Part shown: positions 40,525 to 52,737 of the stretch, in pieces
Layout: each line of letters begins with the position of its first letter
Position numbering within the stretch: the stretch's first letter is position 1
Source: Deltaproteobacteria bacterium TL4
GTDB lineage: Bacteria > SAR324 > NAC60-12
DNA: 64,000 nucleotides
Direction of reading: 5' to 3'
Assembly: GCA_051382335.1 (NCBI GenBank)
Contig: JBBCAX010000084.1
Span: 34,899 to 98,898 of the forward strand
The notes under the pieces: generated by a model
Database searches by the model: none
Told to the model about the DNA's origin: nothing
What the model saw: the letters and a program-made list of their open reading frames with translations, nothing else
Made by a program: the position numbers and the translations under genes

Positions 40525-42325
40525 TCAAAAGAATATCCGTAATTTTTCAATTATCGCTCATATTGATCACGGAAAGTCGACTTTAGCTGACAGATTAATG
40601 GAATTTACCGGAGCTGTTACCGCGAGAGAAGCCCAACACCAATTCCTGGATAGCATGGATATTGAGCGGGAACGGGGAATTACGATCAAAGCGCAAACGG
40701 TCCGGCTTCAATACCAAGCGAAAAATGGTCAACACTACATATTTAACTTAATTGATACCCCAGGGCATGTTGACTTTACCTATGAAGTTTCGCGCTCACT
40801 TGCCGCCTGTGAAGGCGCTTTGCTGGTTGTTGACGCAGCCCAGGGAGTGGAAGCGCAAACACTGGCGAACGTCTATCTTGCGCTCGAAAATAATCTTGAA
40901 ATCCTACCCATTCTCAACAAAGTGGATTTGCCTACTGCTGAACCTGAACGGGTTTGCCGAGAAATTGAAGATATCATTGGTTTGGATACCAGTTTGGCAA
41001 TTCACGCAAGCGCTAAAACGGGAATTGGCATTGAGGCCATTCTCGAACAAATCGTAGAATGGGTTCCACCGCCTTCGGGTGACAATAACGCTCCCTTACG
41101 TGCCTTAATCTTTGATTCCTGGTTTGACTCTTACTTGGGAATCGTCGTCATGATTCGCGTGATCGATGGTTCCGTACGCAAAGGTGACAAAATTTGGTTT
41201 ATGGGAACACAACAGGAATATGAAGTCATGGAACTTGGCGTGTTTACCCCTTTTAAAAAGGAAATACCTCAATTATATGTGGGCGAAGTCGGTTTTCTTT
41301 CTGCGTCGATCAAAACCATCGGACATACCAAAATTGGAGACACGATCACGCTAAAAGAAAATCCTGCCTCTGAAGCCCTTGCAGGGTATGCAGAAGCCAA
41401 ACCGATGGTATTCAGTGGGATTTATCCGATTGATACGGATCAATATGAGGAATTAAAAGAAGCGTTACTCAAATTAGTACTCAATGATGCTTCCATCACC
41501 TACGAACCTGAAACCTCAACAGCACTGGGGTTTGGATTTCGGTGTGGTTTTTTAGGGCTGCTGCATCTGGAAATCGCGCAAGAACGGTTAGAGCGTGAAT
41601 TTAAATTACAACTCATTACCACCGCACCTAGTGTGATCTACAAAGTTCATTTAAATGATGGCAGCATTCTTGACGTTGATAACCCCGCGCAGCTTCCTGA
41701 TCCTGTAAAAATCAGTCGTATTGATGAACCCTACATCCAAGGACGAATACTGACCCCCACAGAGTATGTCGGGAATATTATGACGCTGGCTCAAGAACGG
41801 AGAGGCATTCAAATCCTGATGGAATACCCTGCTCCAAACCGGGTACAGGTGGTCTATGAGTTTCCTTTAAATGAAATCGTTTTGGATTTTTACGATCGTC
41901 TTAAGTCTGTGTCTAAAGGCTATGCCTCCTTTGACTATGAACTCATTGACTTCCGCAAGGGGAATTTGGTCAAACTTGATATTTTATTGAATGGAGATAT
42001 TGTTGACGCGTTATCCATCATTGTTCCCAAAGAACAGGCCTATTATCGAGGACGAGAATTAGTCAAACGGTTTAAAGAGCTGATTCCGAGGCAAATGTTT
42101 GAAGTCGCCATTCAAGCAGCGATTGGCTCAAAAATTATTTCGAGAGAAACCGTGGGAGCTGTTCGTAAAGATGTGACCGCAAAGTGTTATGGCGGGGACA
42201 TTACACGAAAACGCAAATTATTAGAAAAACAGAAGGCGGGAAAAAAGCGAATGAAACAAATTGGGACTGTGGAAGTTCCCCAGGAAGCTTTTATGGCGGT
42301 CCTCAAGGTGGATCATAAGAATTAA
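40505..42325 (+). CDS. lepA: Translation elongation factor 4
   Basis: [21 protein letters not shown] and [18 protein letters not shown]. Confidence 0.98.
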   Translation: MSNTKYNQKNIRNFSIIAHIDHGKSTLADRLMEFTGAVTAREAQHQFLDSMDIERERGITIKAQTVRLQYQAKNGQHYIFNLIDTPGHVDFTYEVSRSLAACEGALLVVDAAQGVEAQTLANVYLALENNLEILPILNKVDLPTAEPERVCREIEDIIGLDTSLAIHASAKTGIGIEAILEQIVEWVPPPSGDNNAPLRALIFDSWFDSYLGIVVMIRVIDGSVRKGDKIWFMGTQQEYEVMELGVFTPFKKEIPQLYVGEVGFLSASIKTIGHTKIGDTITLKENPASEALAGYAEAKPMVFSGIYPIDTDQYEELKEALLKLVLNDASITYEPETSTALGFGFRCGFLGLLHLEIAQERLEREFKLQLITTAPSVIYKVHLNDGSILDVDNPAQLPDPVKISRIDEPYIQGRILTPTEYVGNIMTLAQERRGIQILMEYPAPNRVQVVYEFPLNEIVLDFYDRLKSVSKGYASFDYELIDFRKGNLVKLDILLNGDIVDALSIIVPKEQAYYRGRELVKRFKELIPRQMFEVAIQAAIGSKIISRETVGAVRKDVTAKCYGGDITRKRKLLEKQKAGKKRMKQIGTVEVPQEAFMAVLKVDHKN

Positions 42326-42366
42326 ACTGGCCTATAATAGCGTCCATGTGGTCCTGCCCCCTTGCC

Positions 42367-43782
42367 CTACGCTTGAGTTTGATCGGTTTTGCCGAGAAAT
42401 TCAAAAATGAACATGGTTAGGTCATCGTTACAGGCTTTTCCTTGCGCAAACTCGTCCAAATGTTCCAGCAAAGTATTTAGAAGGGTATCAGAATCGGAGG
42501 TATTATGCTTTTTAATAAAATCGATCAAGCGATCTAAACCAAAACGTTTTTCACTCAGATCATCCCATTCAATAATCCCGTCGGTATAAGCAAAAATTCT
42601 ATCATTAGGTTGTAATTGATATTTTTCTTCAACATAAGGCACCAGCTCTTGAGCAAAAGCTCCAATCAGGGAACCTCGCTTTTCAAGTAAGACCAGTTCC
42701 CCTTGGTTGTGGGGAATAATGATTAATGGAGGATGAGCCGCATTACTTGCGCTCAAAAGACCATCGGGGGTAATTCGTAAATAAATACCTGTGACAAATT
42801 TTCCAGTTTCACGCGAGGCCAATAAAGTGTTGATTCCTCGGATGGCCTCGTCCGTTGGTAAATCGTGTTTGACATTATCAAGCGAGATCTGAAGCATCAT
42901 GGTCATAAAGGCTGCGGAGACGCCATGTCCGGTCGCATCTCCTAAAAAGAAACTCATTGTTCCTGCACAATCAAACGAAAAATCATAGGTATCCCCTGAA
43001 ACCTCAGCATGGGGCAAATATTTTGTGGAGATCTTCAAATGGGGGAAATGATGAATCTGAGGCAAAATTTTTCGTTGAAACTCTCCTGCCAGACTCAACT
43101 CCTCTTGCATTCGATCATTATGTTCCTTTAACTCCTCATCAATCAGTTTCTGACGAGTAATCAACACATCCAGGCGCCACACACTCCAGGCAAAGGCGAG
43201 CATCAGCAACAGGCTCATCATAAACAAGGTCAGCCAGGAAACCCATAACAGTTTATCGATTTTTTCTTTTTTTGAGGTGATGTCATAGTACAATTCAAAA
43301 GCTCCGATGAACTGATCTGCTTTCATGATCGGAACATACGTTTCTACAACGTCAATGGTGACTATCTGATCTTCAAGAGATTTTTTGTTTTTCGGTACAA
43401 TCTTGGTGTAGGTGTAACCGTTCATGACGATGTCATGAAAATAACTTTTGTTATTCATTTCTCCCAGATCTTTAGACTCGGTAGAAAATAAAACCTCGCC
43501 TGTCTTCGAAAAAACCTTGATCTTCATAAAAAGTACATCTTTTTTCAAAACTTCGACCAGTTCTGAAAAATCACCGCCAAAAGAACCTTTGTGAATTTGC
43601 ATCTCATCTAAATGGAGAGATGAGATCAGGTGATTGGAGGTACGTATGGCCTCATCCTCTGTATTTTCCATTAATAAAGTGCTAAAGGAAGGATAGATGT
43701 AAAGGACGTTAAATATTGCGGGAATTATTGCGCTTCCTAAGGATAGCAATAAGAGGTTTCTTAAAAATCGGCTCTTTAACAT
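42367..43782 (-). CDS. Membrane sensor SpoIIE/PP2C phosphatase
   Basis: Two TM segments flanking a periplasmic domain; SGDTY, GDATGHG, YTDGI and DDLT. Confidence 0.9.
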   Translation of the reverse strand: MLKSRFLRNLLLLSLGSAIIPAIFNVLYIYPSFSTLLMENTEDEAIRTSNHLISSLHLDEMQIHKGSFGGDFSELVEVLKKDVLFMKIKVFSKTGEVLFSTESKDLGEMNNKSYFHDIVMNGYTYTKIVPKNKKSLEDQIVTIDVVETYVPIMKADQFIGAFELYYDITSKKEKIDKLLWVSWLTLFMMSLLLMLAFAWSVWRLDVLITRQKLIDEELKEHNDRMQEELSLAGEFQRKILPQIHHFPHLKISTKYLPHAEVSGDTYDFSFDCAGTMSFFLGDATGHGVSAAFMTMMLQISLDNVKHDLPTDEAIRGINTLLASRETGKFVTGIYLRITPDGLLSASNAAHPPLIIIPHNQGELVLLEKRGSLIGAFAQELVPYVEEKYQLQPNDRIFAYTDGIIEWDDLSEKRFGLDRLIDFIKKHNTSDSDTLLNTLLEHLDEFAQGKACNDDLTMFIFEFLGKTDQTQA

Positions 43783-43921
43783 GATGTTCCTCCAGATTAT
43801 TTATTGTAGGATCGTCCTGACTTATTTTTACTGGAATGTTTTGGCATCTATACACGAATTTCAGGAAAAAACCATGATTCTTTTCAGCAAACTCGCATGT
43901 TCTCGAAACGTTTCTAACCTT

Positions 43922-45142
43922 TCATTCCACAACAAGCCGGTGGTAATGTTTTTTGCCTGCTCGGAGCAGAATCTCCGCGTTTTGAAGGTGGACTTCAGTA
44001 ATCTGAAAAGGATCCTTTTCTATGCGTTGATCATTGACATAGACGCCGCCTTGCGCAAGGAGTCGGCGTGCTTCGCTTTTAGAGTGGCACAGTCCGACTT
44101 CCAGATAAAGGGTGAAAAGGTCAATCCCCTCGTGAAGACGTTGTGGGGATATTGAAGTTGTAGGAACGTCTTCAAGGGTTCCTTGCCCTCCGAATAAAGC
44201 TTTGGCTGCTTGTTGTGCTTTTTGGGCTTCTGCGGTTCCATGCGCTAAGCTTGTGGTTTCAAAAGCGAGGCGTTCTTTTGCTTCACGGATTTCCGCACCT
44301 TGCAAAGAGCCTAAGGTCTCAATCTCTGTCATTGGCAAAAAGGTGAACAGTGCTAAAAACTTTTTGACATCCGCATCATCGGAATTCACCCAATATTGGT
44401 AATAGTCGTAAGGCGATGTTTTTTTCGGATCAAGCCACACTGCTCCTTTTTCAGTCTTTCCCATTTTCTTTCCGGAAGCGGTAGTCAGCAAAGGGTAGGT
44501 CCAACCATAAACTTCCCGCTGCTCCAGGCGCCGCACCAAATCAATACCTGAAATAATATTCGCCCATTGATCATCCCCGCCTAATTGCAAGACACAACCA
44601 AAGCGTCGATATAATTCAAGAAAATCATAAGCTTGCAACAGTTGGTAGTTAAATTCCAAAAACGAAAGCCCTGTTTCCATACGAGCTTTGTACGTTTCAA
44701 ACGATAACATTCGATTGACAGAAAAGTGGCGGCCAATATCTCTCAGAAATTCGATATACTTTAAAGGACACAACCAGTCCGCGTTATCAACCAACACCGC
44801 GCCTTGAGCAAAGTCCAAAAAGCGCGCCAGTTGAGGACGCAGGCATTGGGTATTTTCCCGTAACTGTTCTTCAGAAAGCATTTTACGCATTTCCGTCTTT
44901 CCACTAGGATCTCCAATCATGGCGGTTCCGCCACCGAGCAAGGCAATGACCTGATGTCCTTCACGCTGAAGGTGAGCTAAGCCCATGATGGGGATCAAAT
45001 GTCCCACATGGAGAGAATCTGCGGTAGGGTCAAAGCCAGTATATCCGCAAAGAGGTCCTTCTTGCAGTTGAGCTGCAAGAGCTTCTGGATGAGTGACTTG
45101 TTGGAAAAAACCACGTTGTTTGAATACGTCTAAAATGTTCAC
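43922..45142 (-). CDS. tyrS: Tyrosyl-tRNA synthetase
   Basis: GFDPTADSLHVGH, QLGGDDQW, KMGKT and a C-terminal S4 domain. Confidence 0.97.
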   Translation of the reverse strand: MNILDVFKQRGFFQQVTHPEALAAQLQEGPLCGYTGFDPTADSLHVGHLIPIMGLAHLQREGHQVIALLGGGTAMIGDPSGKTEMRKMLSEEQLRENTQCLRPQLARFLDFAQGAVLVDNADWLCPLKYIEFLRDIGRHFSVNRMLSFETYKARMETGLSFLEFNYQLLQAYDFLELYRRFGCVLQLGGDDQWANIISGIDLVRRLEQREVYGWTYPLLTTASGKKMGKTEKGAVWLDPKKTSPYDYYQYWVNSDDADVKKFLALFTFLPMTEIETLGSLQGAEIREAKERLAFETTSLAHGTAEAQKAQQAAKALFGGQGTLEDVPTTSISPQRLHEGIDLFTLYLEVGLCHSKSEARRLLAQGGVYVNDQRIEKDPFQITEVHLQNAEILLRAGKKHYHRLVVE

Positions 45143-45930
45143 GAGTTTGCCTTACTTTGAGAAATATAATCATTTAATCGTTGGTAAATTTCATCACAAA
45201 TTTCAATCGAAGCCGACTTGCGGAGAAAATCGCTGGGATTGATTCCACAATAATCCACTCCGGACAGGTGTCGCCATCGTCCGGCTCGTTGGGGTTCATC
45301 AAGTCGGACAGGCGTTGTACAGCGGTTACAACCAATCGTCGGATAGCCTTGATCATGCAACGGATTAATGATGGTATCTTCTTCCTTGATGTACCGTTGG
45401 TATTGTTCTTCGGGTAAATTGGCCATCGGATTGATACGAATCACCTTCATTATGGGATCTAATCCCAAAATAGGAACATTGGCACGACGTCCCCCTTCAC
45501 CTCGACGCAAAGGCCCCAGTAACGCATCACAATCCTTGTAGACTTCCAAAAGCGGTTCGACTTTCCGCATGTGGCAACATTGCTCCTGTCCTGCATGATT
45601 GAGGTAAAGTGCTCCATATTGTTTATATTGTTCATACATGGTGAGCTTGGGAGTGAAACGCCTTAAGGGGAACTGATAGGCGTGACTTAAGGCTTCAACG
45701 GTTTCTTGAGTTTCCTCAAACAAAACACCCGTATCCACAAAAAATAAATCCACCTTGTATCCTGCTTTTGCAACAATTTTAGCGAGGACCGAACCTGCTT
45801 TTTGGCCCGAGGTCAACAGGGCGACACGAGGAATCATGGAAAAGGTCCACGTTAAAAGCTCTTCTGTGGATTTATTTTCCAACATTTTATTGATGGGAAT
45901 CAGATCTTTTTCAAGGAGAATCGCTGACAT
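45139..45930 (-). CDS. cysH: APS/PAPS reductase family protein
   Basis: VDTGVLFEET, CCHMRKVEPL, GYPTIGCNRCT and RAGRW. Confidence 0.88.
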   Translation of the reverse strand: MSAILLEKDLIPINKMLENKSTEELLTWTFSMIPRVALLTSGQKAGSVLAKIVAKAGYKVDLFFVDTGVLFEETQETVEALSHAYQFPLRRFTPKLTMYEQYKQYGALYLNHAGQEQCCHMRKVEPLLEVYKDCDALLGPLRRGEGGRRANVPILGLDPIMKVIRINPMANLPEEQYQRYIKEEDTIINPLHDQGYPTIGCNRCTTPVRLDEPQRAGRWRHLSGVDYCGINPSDFLRKSASIEICDEIYQRLNDYISQSKANS

Positions 45931-46022
45931 GATGCAATATATTCATTATGAGAATAAACAACTGTAGAACAGGGGGCAGGCTATACGGTTTTATACGGAT
46001 ATACAAGTTTTTTACAGGACCG

Positions 46023-47849
46023 TTATGGAACAGACAATCCGGTTTCGGTTTTTTTCAATTCTGACAAAACCGCCTTGCCTATGACGGTATCAGCAAGAGG
46101 CCTTGTCAATTCACCCAGAATATCCATTTGTCGTTTGAGTGCTTGCGGATCTTCCCCTTGTGCCGCATGTCTCACGATTTCAACTTGTTTTTGAATGGCG
46201 GTTTGCTGCTTTGCACTCAAGAGTTCCTGAGCCATTTTCCAATGATCTTCAATGCCTTTAAACACCCGTTCTGCGGCTTGACGAAACTCGATCAACTGGC
46301 GCACATTAAAATCGTCAATGGCATATTCAAAGGACTCTTCAATGATGCGGTCAATTTCTGCTCGTGTGAGTCCATGAAAGGGAATGATTTCAATTTCTGT
46401 TTGTTGTTGACTACGCTTTTCCAGCGCCGAAACCTTCAAGATTCCATTGGCATCGACTTTGAAAGTCACTTCAACCAACGGAAGTCCTGCGGGCATTGGA
46501 GGAATGCTTCTCAGTTTAAATTGACCCAAGCAGCGGCAATCTTTCACCAACTCCCGTTCTCCCTGGTAAATATTGATATCGATGGCGGTTTGATTGTCAA
46601 CTTGAGTGGTAAAAAGTTCACTGGCTTCTGTAGGAATCGTCGTGTTTTGAGTAATGAGTTTACTGAACGTTCCGCCCAGCGTTTCAATCCCTAACGATAG
46701 TGGAATCACATCCAAAAGAATAAAGTCACGACGTCCCCCTGCTAACAAATGACCTTGAATGCCCGCACCAATGGCAACTACTTTATAAGGATCAATAGCC
46801 GCATGAGGTTGTTTTTGAAAAAAACGGGCCACTTGTTGACGGACATACGGAATAACGGTTGATCCTCCAACCAGCACAACCTCGCCAATTTCGTCAATGC
46901 CCAATTTGGCTTCCTTTAAAGCATGTTGGCAACTATGTAAGGTTTGTTCCACTAACGGATGAATCCGTTGATTGAATTGAGCCGCAGTCAAAATACCGCT
47001 GAATGACCGTCCTGATAATTCCAACTGATACGCTGTTTCTTGTGTGAAGCTGATTCTTTTTTTGATATCTTCAGCGGTCTGTTTTAATAACTGCTGCGAA
47101 TACGCATCATCAAATCGGATTTCGGGGGCGTCACGGAGTATGCGTGCTTTCAATTCCTCAGCAATCACATTGTCAAAATCATCTCCGCCCAAATGGGTAT
47201 TTCCATGCGTTGACACCACTTTAAACACTTTTTTAGATAATTTTAAAATGGAAATATCAAAGGTTCCGCCTCCTAAGTCAAAAACAGCAACATAGCCATC
47301 TTTTTTTTCATCCAGTCCATAAGCAATGGCGGCAGCCGTGGGTTCGTTGATAATACGCGCGACCTCCAACCCTGCTATTCTTGCGGCATCGCGGGTTGCT
47401 TGGCGTTGAACGTCATCAAAATAAGCAGGTACGGTGATGACTACTTTTTTTACAGGCACACCGAGACTTTGTTCGGCTCTCTGTTTTACTTTTTTTAAGA
47501 TTTCAGCGGAGATTTCCTGGGGCGTGTATTCTCTTCCCTGGACGGAAACCTTAACCAATTTGCGCTGGGCGGCCACGATCGTATAAGGAAGGCGTTTGAT
47601 GTCTTCTGTCAACTCTGAAAGATCACATCCCATTAATCGTTTCACGGAAAACAAAGTATTTTTTGGTGAGGACAGTCGATAAGGCAAGGCCTCTTCGCCA
47701 ACAATCCACGCCTGTCCCGTATGATGAAGCACAGACGGGGTGATTGGATTTTCGCCCGCGATACCTATTACCTCAGGTCCGTCTTCAAAAACTGTTGCCG
47801 ATAAACTATTTGTTGTCCCCAAATCAATACCAATAATTCTTTCTTCCAT
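46023..47849 (-). CDS. hscA: Hsp70 chaperone HscA
   Basis: [21 protein letters not shown] and DLGGGTFD; follows hscB in the isc cluster. Confidence 0.88.
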   Translation of the reverse strand: MEERIIGIDLGTTNSLSATVFEDGPEVIGIAGENPITPSVLHHTGQAWIVGEEALPYRLSSPKNTLFSVKRLMGCDLSELTEDIKRLPYTIVAAQRKLVKVSVQGREYTPQEISAEILKKVKQRAEQSLGVPVKKVVITVPAYFDDVQRQATRDAARIAGLEVARIINEPTAAAIAYGLDEKKDGYVAVFDLGGGTFDISILKLSKKVFKVVSTHGNTHLGGDDFDNVIAEELKARILRDAPEIRFDDAYSQQLLKQTAEDIKKRISFTQETAYQLELSGRSFSGILTAAQFNQRIHPLVEQTLHSCQHALKEAKLGIDEIGEVVLVGGSTVIPYVRQQVARFFQKQPHAAIDPYKVVAIGAGIQGHLLAGGRRDFILLDVIPLSLGIETLGGTFSKLITQNTTIPTEASELFTTQVDNQTAIDINIYQGERELVKDCRCLGQFKLRSIPPMPAGLPLVEVTFKVDANGILKVSALEKRSQQQTEIEIIPFHGLTRAEIDRIIEESFEYAIDDFNVRQLIEFRQAAERVFKGIEDHWKMAQELLSAKQQTAIQKQVEIVRHAAQGEDPQALKRQMDILGELTRPLADTVIGKAVLSELKKTETGLSVP

Positions 47850-47951
47850 GTCTACCGTGACTTACCGAAAATAAAAAAATAAATTGAAAATAAATACTCA
47901 TTAGGATTATTTGCCTTCCCGCTTGAAAACCTGTTACGAGGCGAACACCAT

Positions 47952-48590
47952 TTATGCTAAAATCGCAGTACATCGCTCTATAAGTCTTTTTAAATAACGC
48001 TCCGTATTCAGTTGTGTTTGAATTTGTTGAAGATCCTCTGAGGCAAAAGACACCTGGCCTTCTCTTTTAGCAAAGAGGGGCCCATATAGAGTTTGGCATT
48101 GTTGAAGGCGCTGTTGGAGATCCGCTTGAATGGTGTTAAGGGCGGACTCAGCCTGATCAGTTTCAGTGAGTTCCTCAATACGTTCCTGCAAAGCAAACAT
48201 TTCTTCCAAAAATCCTTCTGGCAGTTGGCGTTCATTCAAAGACGACCCGTGAGCTAACCTGGAAAGTGCATAAGCGGCACGAGAACCAGGATCTCTCAAG
48301 GTGTCATAAGCCTGATTCAGTATAGCGGACAGGTTCACGCTGTGCCGATGATCTTCAGCGGAGGCGTTGTGATAAAAATCAGGATGCAACTCCGCCACTA
48401 ACTGTTCGTAGATGCTTTCCAGCTTATTTAAGTCAATATCATAATGAACAGGTAAACCAAAAACCGTAAAGTAGTCGGGTTTTGCTTTCAAACGCTGTAA
48501 ATGGTTACAAGAAAAACAAAACAGTGATGACATCAATGCGGTTTGACATCCTGTGCATTGTAACTTTTTTGATATCTGTGCTCCCATCAC
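47952..48590 (-). CDS. hscB: Fe-S co-chaperone HscB
   Basis: J-domain HPD, N-terminal CxxC-x9-CxxC, and FLEEMF. Confidence 0.9.
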   Translation of the reverse strand: MMGAQISKKLQCTGCQTALMSSLFCFSCNHLQRLKAKPDYFTVFGLPVHYDIDLNKLESIYEQLVAELHPDFYHNASAEDHRHSVNLSAILNQAYDTLRDPGSRAAYALSRLAHGSSLNERQLPEGFLEEMFALQERIEELTETDQAESALNTIQADLQQRLQQCQTLYGPLFAKREGQVSFASEDLQQIQTQLNTERYLKRLIERCTAILA

Positions 48591-48613
48591 ACATCCTTAT
48601 TGAGTTTGATATT

Positions 48614-48997
48614 TTAAGTTTGCCGTTTTTTATAATCTAAAATTGCAGCTTTAATCGCGTCTTCCGCTAAAACGGAACAGTGAATTTTAACAGGGGGCAA
48701 CGAAAGTTCTTGAACGATATCCGTATTTTTGATGGTTGACGCTTCCTTCAGGGTTTTCCCCTTTACCCATTCTGTCGCCAAAGAGGAGGAGGCAATTGCC
48801 GATCCGCACCCAAAGGTTTTAAATTTTGCGTCAATAATGGTTTGAGTGACTTCATCAACTTTGATTTGAAGCTTCATCACATCACCACACTCTGGTGCTC
48901 CCACTAAACCGGTTCCCACATGCTCATCATCTTTTCCAAAACTTCCAACGTTTTTGGGGTCATTGTAATGATCAATTACTTTTTCACTATATGCCAT
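48614..48997 (-). CDS. iscU: Fe-S scaffold IscU
   Basis: GAPECGDVM, FKTFGCGSAIAS and LPPVKIHC. Confidence 0.97.
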   Translation of the reverse strand: MAYSEKVIDHYNDPKNVGSFGKDDEHVGTGLVGAPECGDVMKLQIKVDEVTQTIIDAKFKTFGCGSAIASSSLATEWVKGKTLKEASTIKNTDIVQELSLPPVKIHCSVLAEDAIKAAILDYKKRQT

Positions 48998-49044
48998 CTT
49001 TACCTCTTCTAGTATGTACCCTTAAAATGGGAAAAAGTTTTATT

Positions 49045-50259
49045 TTAATGAGACGCCCATGTAACTTTACTCAAATCCACTCCCTCCAACACCATTTCGT
49101 ATAGCGGGGACATTTCACGCAAGCGTTTCACCGCATCAATTACTTTTCTTGAGGTGTAATCAATTTCTTCAATCGTGGTAAAACGTCCCAACCCAAACCG
49201 AATTGAAGAATGCGCCAGTTCATCACCAACGCCTAAGGCTCTTAAAACATAAGAAGGTTCCAGGCTTGCGGAGGTACAGGCCGATCCTGAAGAGACACAA
49301 ATATCATTAATTCCCATGATCAAACTTTCACCTTCAACATAAGCAAAACTTACATTAAGATTTCCCGCAAGCCGATGAGTGGGATGTCCGTTGATGTAAA
49401 CATAATCCAGCTCGCTCGTCAATTGGTCATACAAGCGCTGACGTAACTGGACTAAACGTTCGGACTCCGATTCCATCTCTTCTTTACAAAGTTCAACGGC
49501 TTTTGAAAATCCAACGATCCCAGGAACATTTAACGTCCCAGAACGCATACCCCGTTCATGTCCTCCTCCATGCATGATGGGGGCAATTCGAACTCGAGGG
49601 CGTTTCCTTCTTACATACAGTCCTCCAACTCCTTTGGGACCGTAGATCTTATGAGCACTCATTGATAACAGATCAATATTCATCTCGTCAACATGAATGG
49701 GAAACTTGCCCACTCCTTGAGTGGCGTCACAGTGAAATAAAACCTCTTTGGAGCGTGTGATTGCTCCAATTTCTTTCAAAGGATTTAAGGTCCCAATTTC
49801 ATTGTTAGCCGCCATCAAGGAAACCAAAATCGTATCCTCCCGAATGGAGTCTTCCAGTTGCTGTAAATTAATGCACCCATATTTATCAACATCAAGCAGG
49901 GTCACTTCAAAGCCTTGCTGTTCCAAATAATGACACGGATCGAGTACGGCCTTGTGTTCAATAGGAGAGGTGATGATGTGTTTTCCCTTGTTCTTTAAAA
50001 ACTCAGCAACCCCTAATACCGCAAGATTGTCTGATTCGGTAGCGCCACTGGTAAAAATAATTTCTTTTGCGGACGCTCCAATGATCGACGCAATAATGGA
50101 TCGGGATCGCTCAACGGCTTCTTCAGCTTTCCATCCATGAGCATGATTTCGGCTCGCGGCGTTTCCATAGATTTCCGTGAAATAGGGACTCATGGTTTCA
50201 AGCACACGAGGATCGACAGGGGTCGTTGCCTGATAATCCAGGTAAATGGGTAATTTCAT
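49045..50259 (-). CDS. iscS: Cysteine desulfurase IscS
   Basis: [19 protein letters not shown] and [14 protein letters not shown]. Confidence 0.97.
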   Translation of the reverse strand: MKLPIYLDYQATTPVDPRVLETMSPYFTEIYGNAASRNHAHGWKAEEAVERSRSIIASIIGASAKEIIFTSGATESDNLAVLGVAEFLKNKGKHIITSPIEHKAVLDPCHYLEQQGFEVTLLDVDKYGCINLQQLEDSIREDTILVSLMAANNEIGTLNPLKEIGAITRSKEVLFHCDATQGVGKFPIHVDEMNIDLLSMSAHKIYGPKGVGGLYVRRKRPRVRIAPIMHGGGHERGMRSGTLNVPGIVGFSKAVELCKEEMESESERLVQLRQRLYDQLTSELDYVYINGHPTHRLAGNLNVSFAYVEGESLIMGINDICVSSGSACTSASLEPSYVLRALGVGDELAHSSIRFGLGRFTTIEEIDYTSRKVIDAVKRLREMSPLYEMVLEGVDLSKVTWASH

Positions 50260-50265
50260 AAGGTA

Positions 50266-50694
50266 CTAGCCTCCTAAGCTTGTTGAATGGTGAGGACTAA
50301 TCAAAGTTGCCAAAGTTGTGGATTCCATAAACTCACGAATTTTGGTATGGAGCGCAATCAAGGGGCCCTGAGTCGGACAATGCTTTACCTTACACTTCTG
50401 GCCCTGATGAGCACATTCCACTAAAGTGAATTCATTATCAACCACTTGAATAATTTCCGCGAGAGTGACCTTTTCAGGCGGACGATTCAAACTATAACCT
50501 CCACTTTGGCCCCGTTTTGAAACAATCATTCCTGTAGCGGATAATTGCTTGAGAATATTCGCAACCATTGATTGTGGTAACAGGTACTTTGTCGCAATCT
50601 CTTGTGCACTTACAGGGACTGCACTGCACCCCAGATGCGAGAGCAGTATGATTGCATAATCTACTTTTTTTGATAATTGAAGCATAGCCGCCAA
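50266..50694 (-). CDS. iscR: Rrf2 family regulator (IscR-like)
   Basis: SKRGQSGGYSL and three Cys (C-x6-C-x4-C); first gene of the isc cluster. Confidence 0.85.
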   Translation of the reverse strand: MAAMLQLSKKVDYAIILLSHLGCSAVPVSAQEIATKYLLPQSMVANILKQLSATGMIVSKRGQSGGYSLNRPPEKVTLAEIIQVVDNEFTLVECAHQGQKCKVKHCPTQGPLIALHTKIREFMESTTLATLISPHHSTSLGG

Positions 50695-50729
50695 GTTGTT
50701 AGTTAATCCGTTTATTGTTCCTTTCTAAT

Positions 50730-50754
50730 AAATAGCACTCGTTTGGTACTATTT
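50730..50754. promoter_or_regulatory. Putative Rrf2/IscR operator
   Basis: 25-bp imperfect palindrome AAATAGCAC-N7-GTACTATTT just upstream of the regulator gene. Confidence 0.6.
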
Positions 50755-50818
50755 CAATATAAAAATGAGATTGAGTGCTAATAAGATTAACCATTCAAAT
50801 CAATTTTCAACAATCATT

Positions 50819-52489
50819 TTACGGTAAATCAAAGCAGCGCCTTGTCCGAAATAACAACAGAACGGAAAACATAAATAAACAAATAAGAATTCCATGAATC
50901 CACTCTTGAAACTCTCGATAAAAAGAGTAGTGCTGCTGTAACGTCAAGGTTTGAATCAACGCGCCCTTTTCAAATAACTCCAGTGACGTTCCTTCTGACT
51001 GTCCCAGGGCGTTGATGTAAAGGCTTCGGCCATTGTTAGAAACTAATAAAATCGGGATGCGATTTTCAATCGCTTTCCAACGTACCGCAAGTTCCATATG
51101 AGCACTCGCATTACTTTTGCCAAACCATGCCAGATTACTCAGGTTAATCACAAGCTCTGCGCCATTCCTTGTCATATTTCTGATAATATCTTGCGAGAAA
51201 ATATCAAAACATATCGTACTGGAAAGACGATGATTTTTTGAAAGTTGAAATACCGTATATTCTGTTCCACGATTAAATTCGGAGAGTGCGGGGACATTTT
51301 TTCTCAACCAATCGGCATAAAAAGGAAAAATAGTCGCGGCAGGAATGTATTCGCCAAAAGGGATCAGAAAAATTTTATTATAACGCCCTTTAACTTTTCC
51401 ATCGTATCCAATTAATACGGAAATTCCATATTCTTGGTACACATTCGGGGCAAGTTCATCCCAGTCGGCAGACGCGAGTAAAATGTGAGTTTTATGGAAT
51501 TTCGCAAAATATTCAACTTGTTGACGTACAAAATCTTCTTTGAAATAAGGGAACGAATATACCGATTCAGGCCATATCAGTAATTTCGGAAGATCTGTGT
51601 TTTGGGGAAACTGAGAAATCGCCTCCAAGGAATCTTGAATTAAAGACCACATCGTATTTTCCCTGTTAGAATACGCAAGTTCAGGATTGGACGCTAAATG
51701 TTCCAGGGAAAAATTTGGCTGAAGCGCCGCCACATGCAGTTTCTTTTCTTCCGGCTGAATGGTATCCAGCATGTTCCCCCTAAGGCTTCCATATCCTAAC
51801 CCAAGGGTCCAAAGTGCCGTATAAATACCAACCGCCACCATCACTTCCCGTTTTGACGCATGATTTTTGTCTACTTTCCCGCGCCAAAACAACAGCAGCA
51901 TGAAACTGAAACCCAGGCAATAAACACCTAACCCCGCAGCACCAACAAGATCCGCAACTTGAGCTAACCAGGGAAATTGATTAAAAGTCAGTCCTCCATA
52001 ACTCCATTGAAATATTTTGGGATAGAAAGGCTCCAGCATTAACACAAAACTTAAACGAACAAACAATTCGTAGACTCCCTTGTGTTGAATACACCATGCG
52101 GGCAACGCAAACAAAACCAAGAGATTCAAAGAAATTTCCAAACCGTATCCCAACGCCGCAACGATTAGAGCTAAAAACCAGGGAAAATGTCCAAAGACGT
52201 GAATCGAATGAATCATCCAATGGGCACCAAGCCCTGCCGCCAGGGAACCAGCGCTCCAACATGTGAACCAGAAATAGAGCAGTTTTCGTTTCTGGGAGTA
52301 AGCAGCGTGAGCTTGAATCCGGTCAAAAACGATGAACAAGGGAAAGTGAGCAATCATTCCCGTAAGCGGGATTCCAAAGCCAGGGGCACTAAAACCCAGT
52401 AAAAGTCCTGAGCTGAGGCTCCAGATCCAGGAAGGAATGTTTCGGAGTTGTTTTAATTTGATAGATCGCATGAAAAGGCTTGATCTCAC
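50819..52489 (-). CDS. lnt: Apolipoprotein N-acyltransferase
   Basis: Multi-TM N-terminus; WPES, YNKIFLIPFGEY, ICFD and SNLAWFG. Confidence 0.93.
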   Translation of the reverse strand: MRSSLFMRSIKLKQLRNIPSWIWSLSSGLLLGFSAPGFGIPLTGMIAHFPLFIVFDRIQAHAAYSQKRKLLYFWFTCWSAGSLAAGLGAHWMIHSIHVFGHFPWFLALIVAALGYGLEISLNLLVLFALPAWCIQHKGVYELFVRLSFVLMLEPFYPKIFQWSYGGLTFNQFPWLAQVADLVGAAGLGVYCLGFSFMLLLFWRGKVDKNHASKREVMVAVGIYTALWTLGLGYGSLRGNMLDTIQPEEKKLHVAALQPNFSLEHLASNPELAYSNRENTMWSLIQDSLEAISQFPQNTDLPKLLIWPESVYSFPYFKEDFVRQQVEYFAKFHKTHILLASADWDELAPNVYQEYGISVLIGYDGKVKGRYNKIFLIPFGEYIPAATIFPFYADWLRKNVPALSEFNRGTEYTVFQLSKNHRLSSTICFDIFSQDIIRNMTRNGAELVINLSNLAWFGKSNASAHMELAVRWKAIENRIPILLVSNNGRSLYINALGQSEGTSLELFEKGALIQTLTLQQHYSFYREFQEWIHGILICLFMFSVLLLFRTRRCFDLP

Positions 52490-52737
52490 AAGGTGCCAAA
52501 ATTATTATTCAAAACTCAGGGTTAACAGTTAAAACAATGGAATCATAATTTCAAGCCCAGAAGGAATTTGCCTCTTTTATTGATAACGCTGCCACCTCAG
52601 AAATACCATATCCCGTCAAAGGGAAACAGGTTATATCTATAAAAGCGTCTCCATACCCGCAAAAACTAATGTCTTGTCTTGCTTTCCTCGTTTCCATATT
52701 GTGAACCATAATGCCCAAGCGGGTATCAGATAGTATC

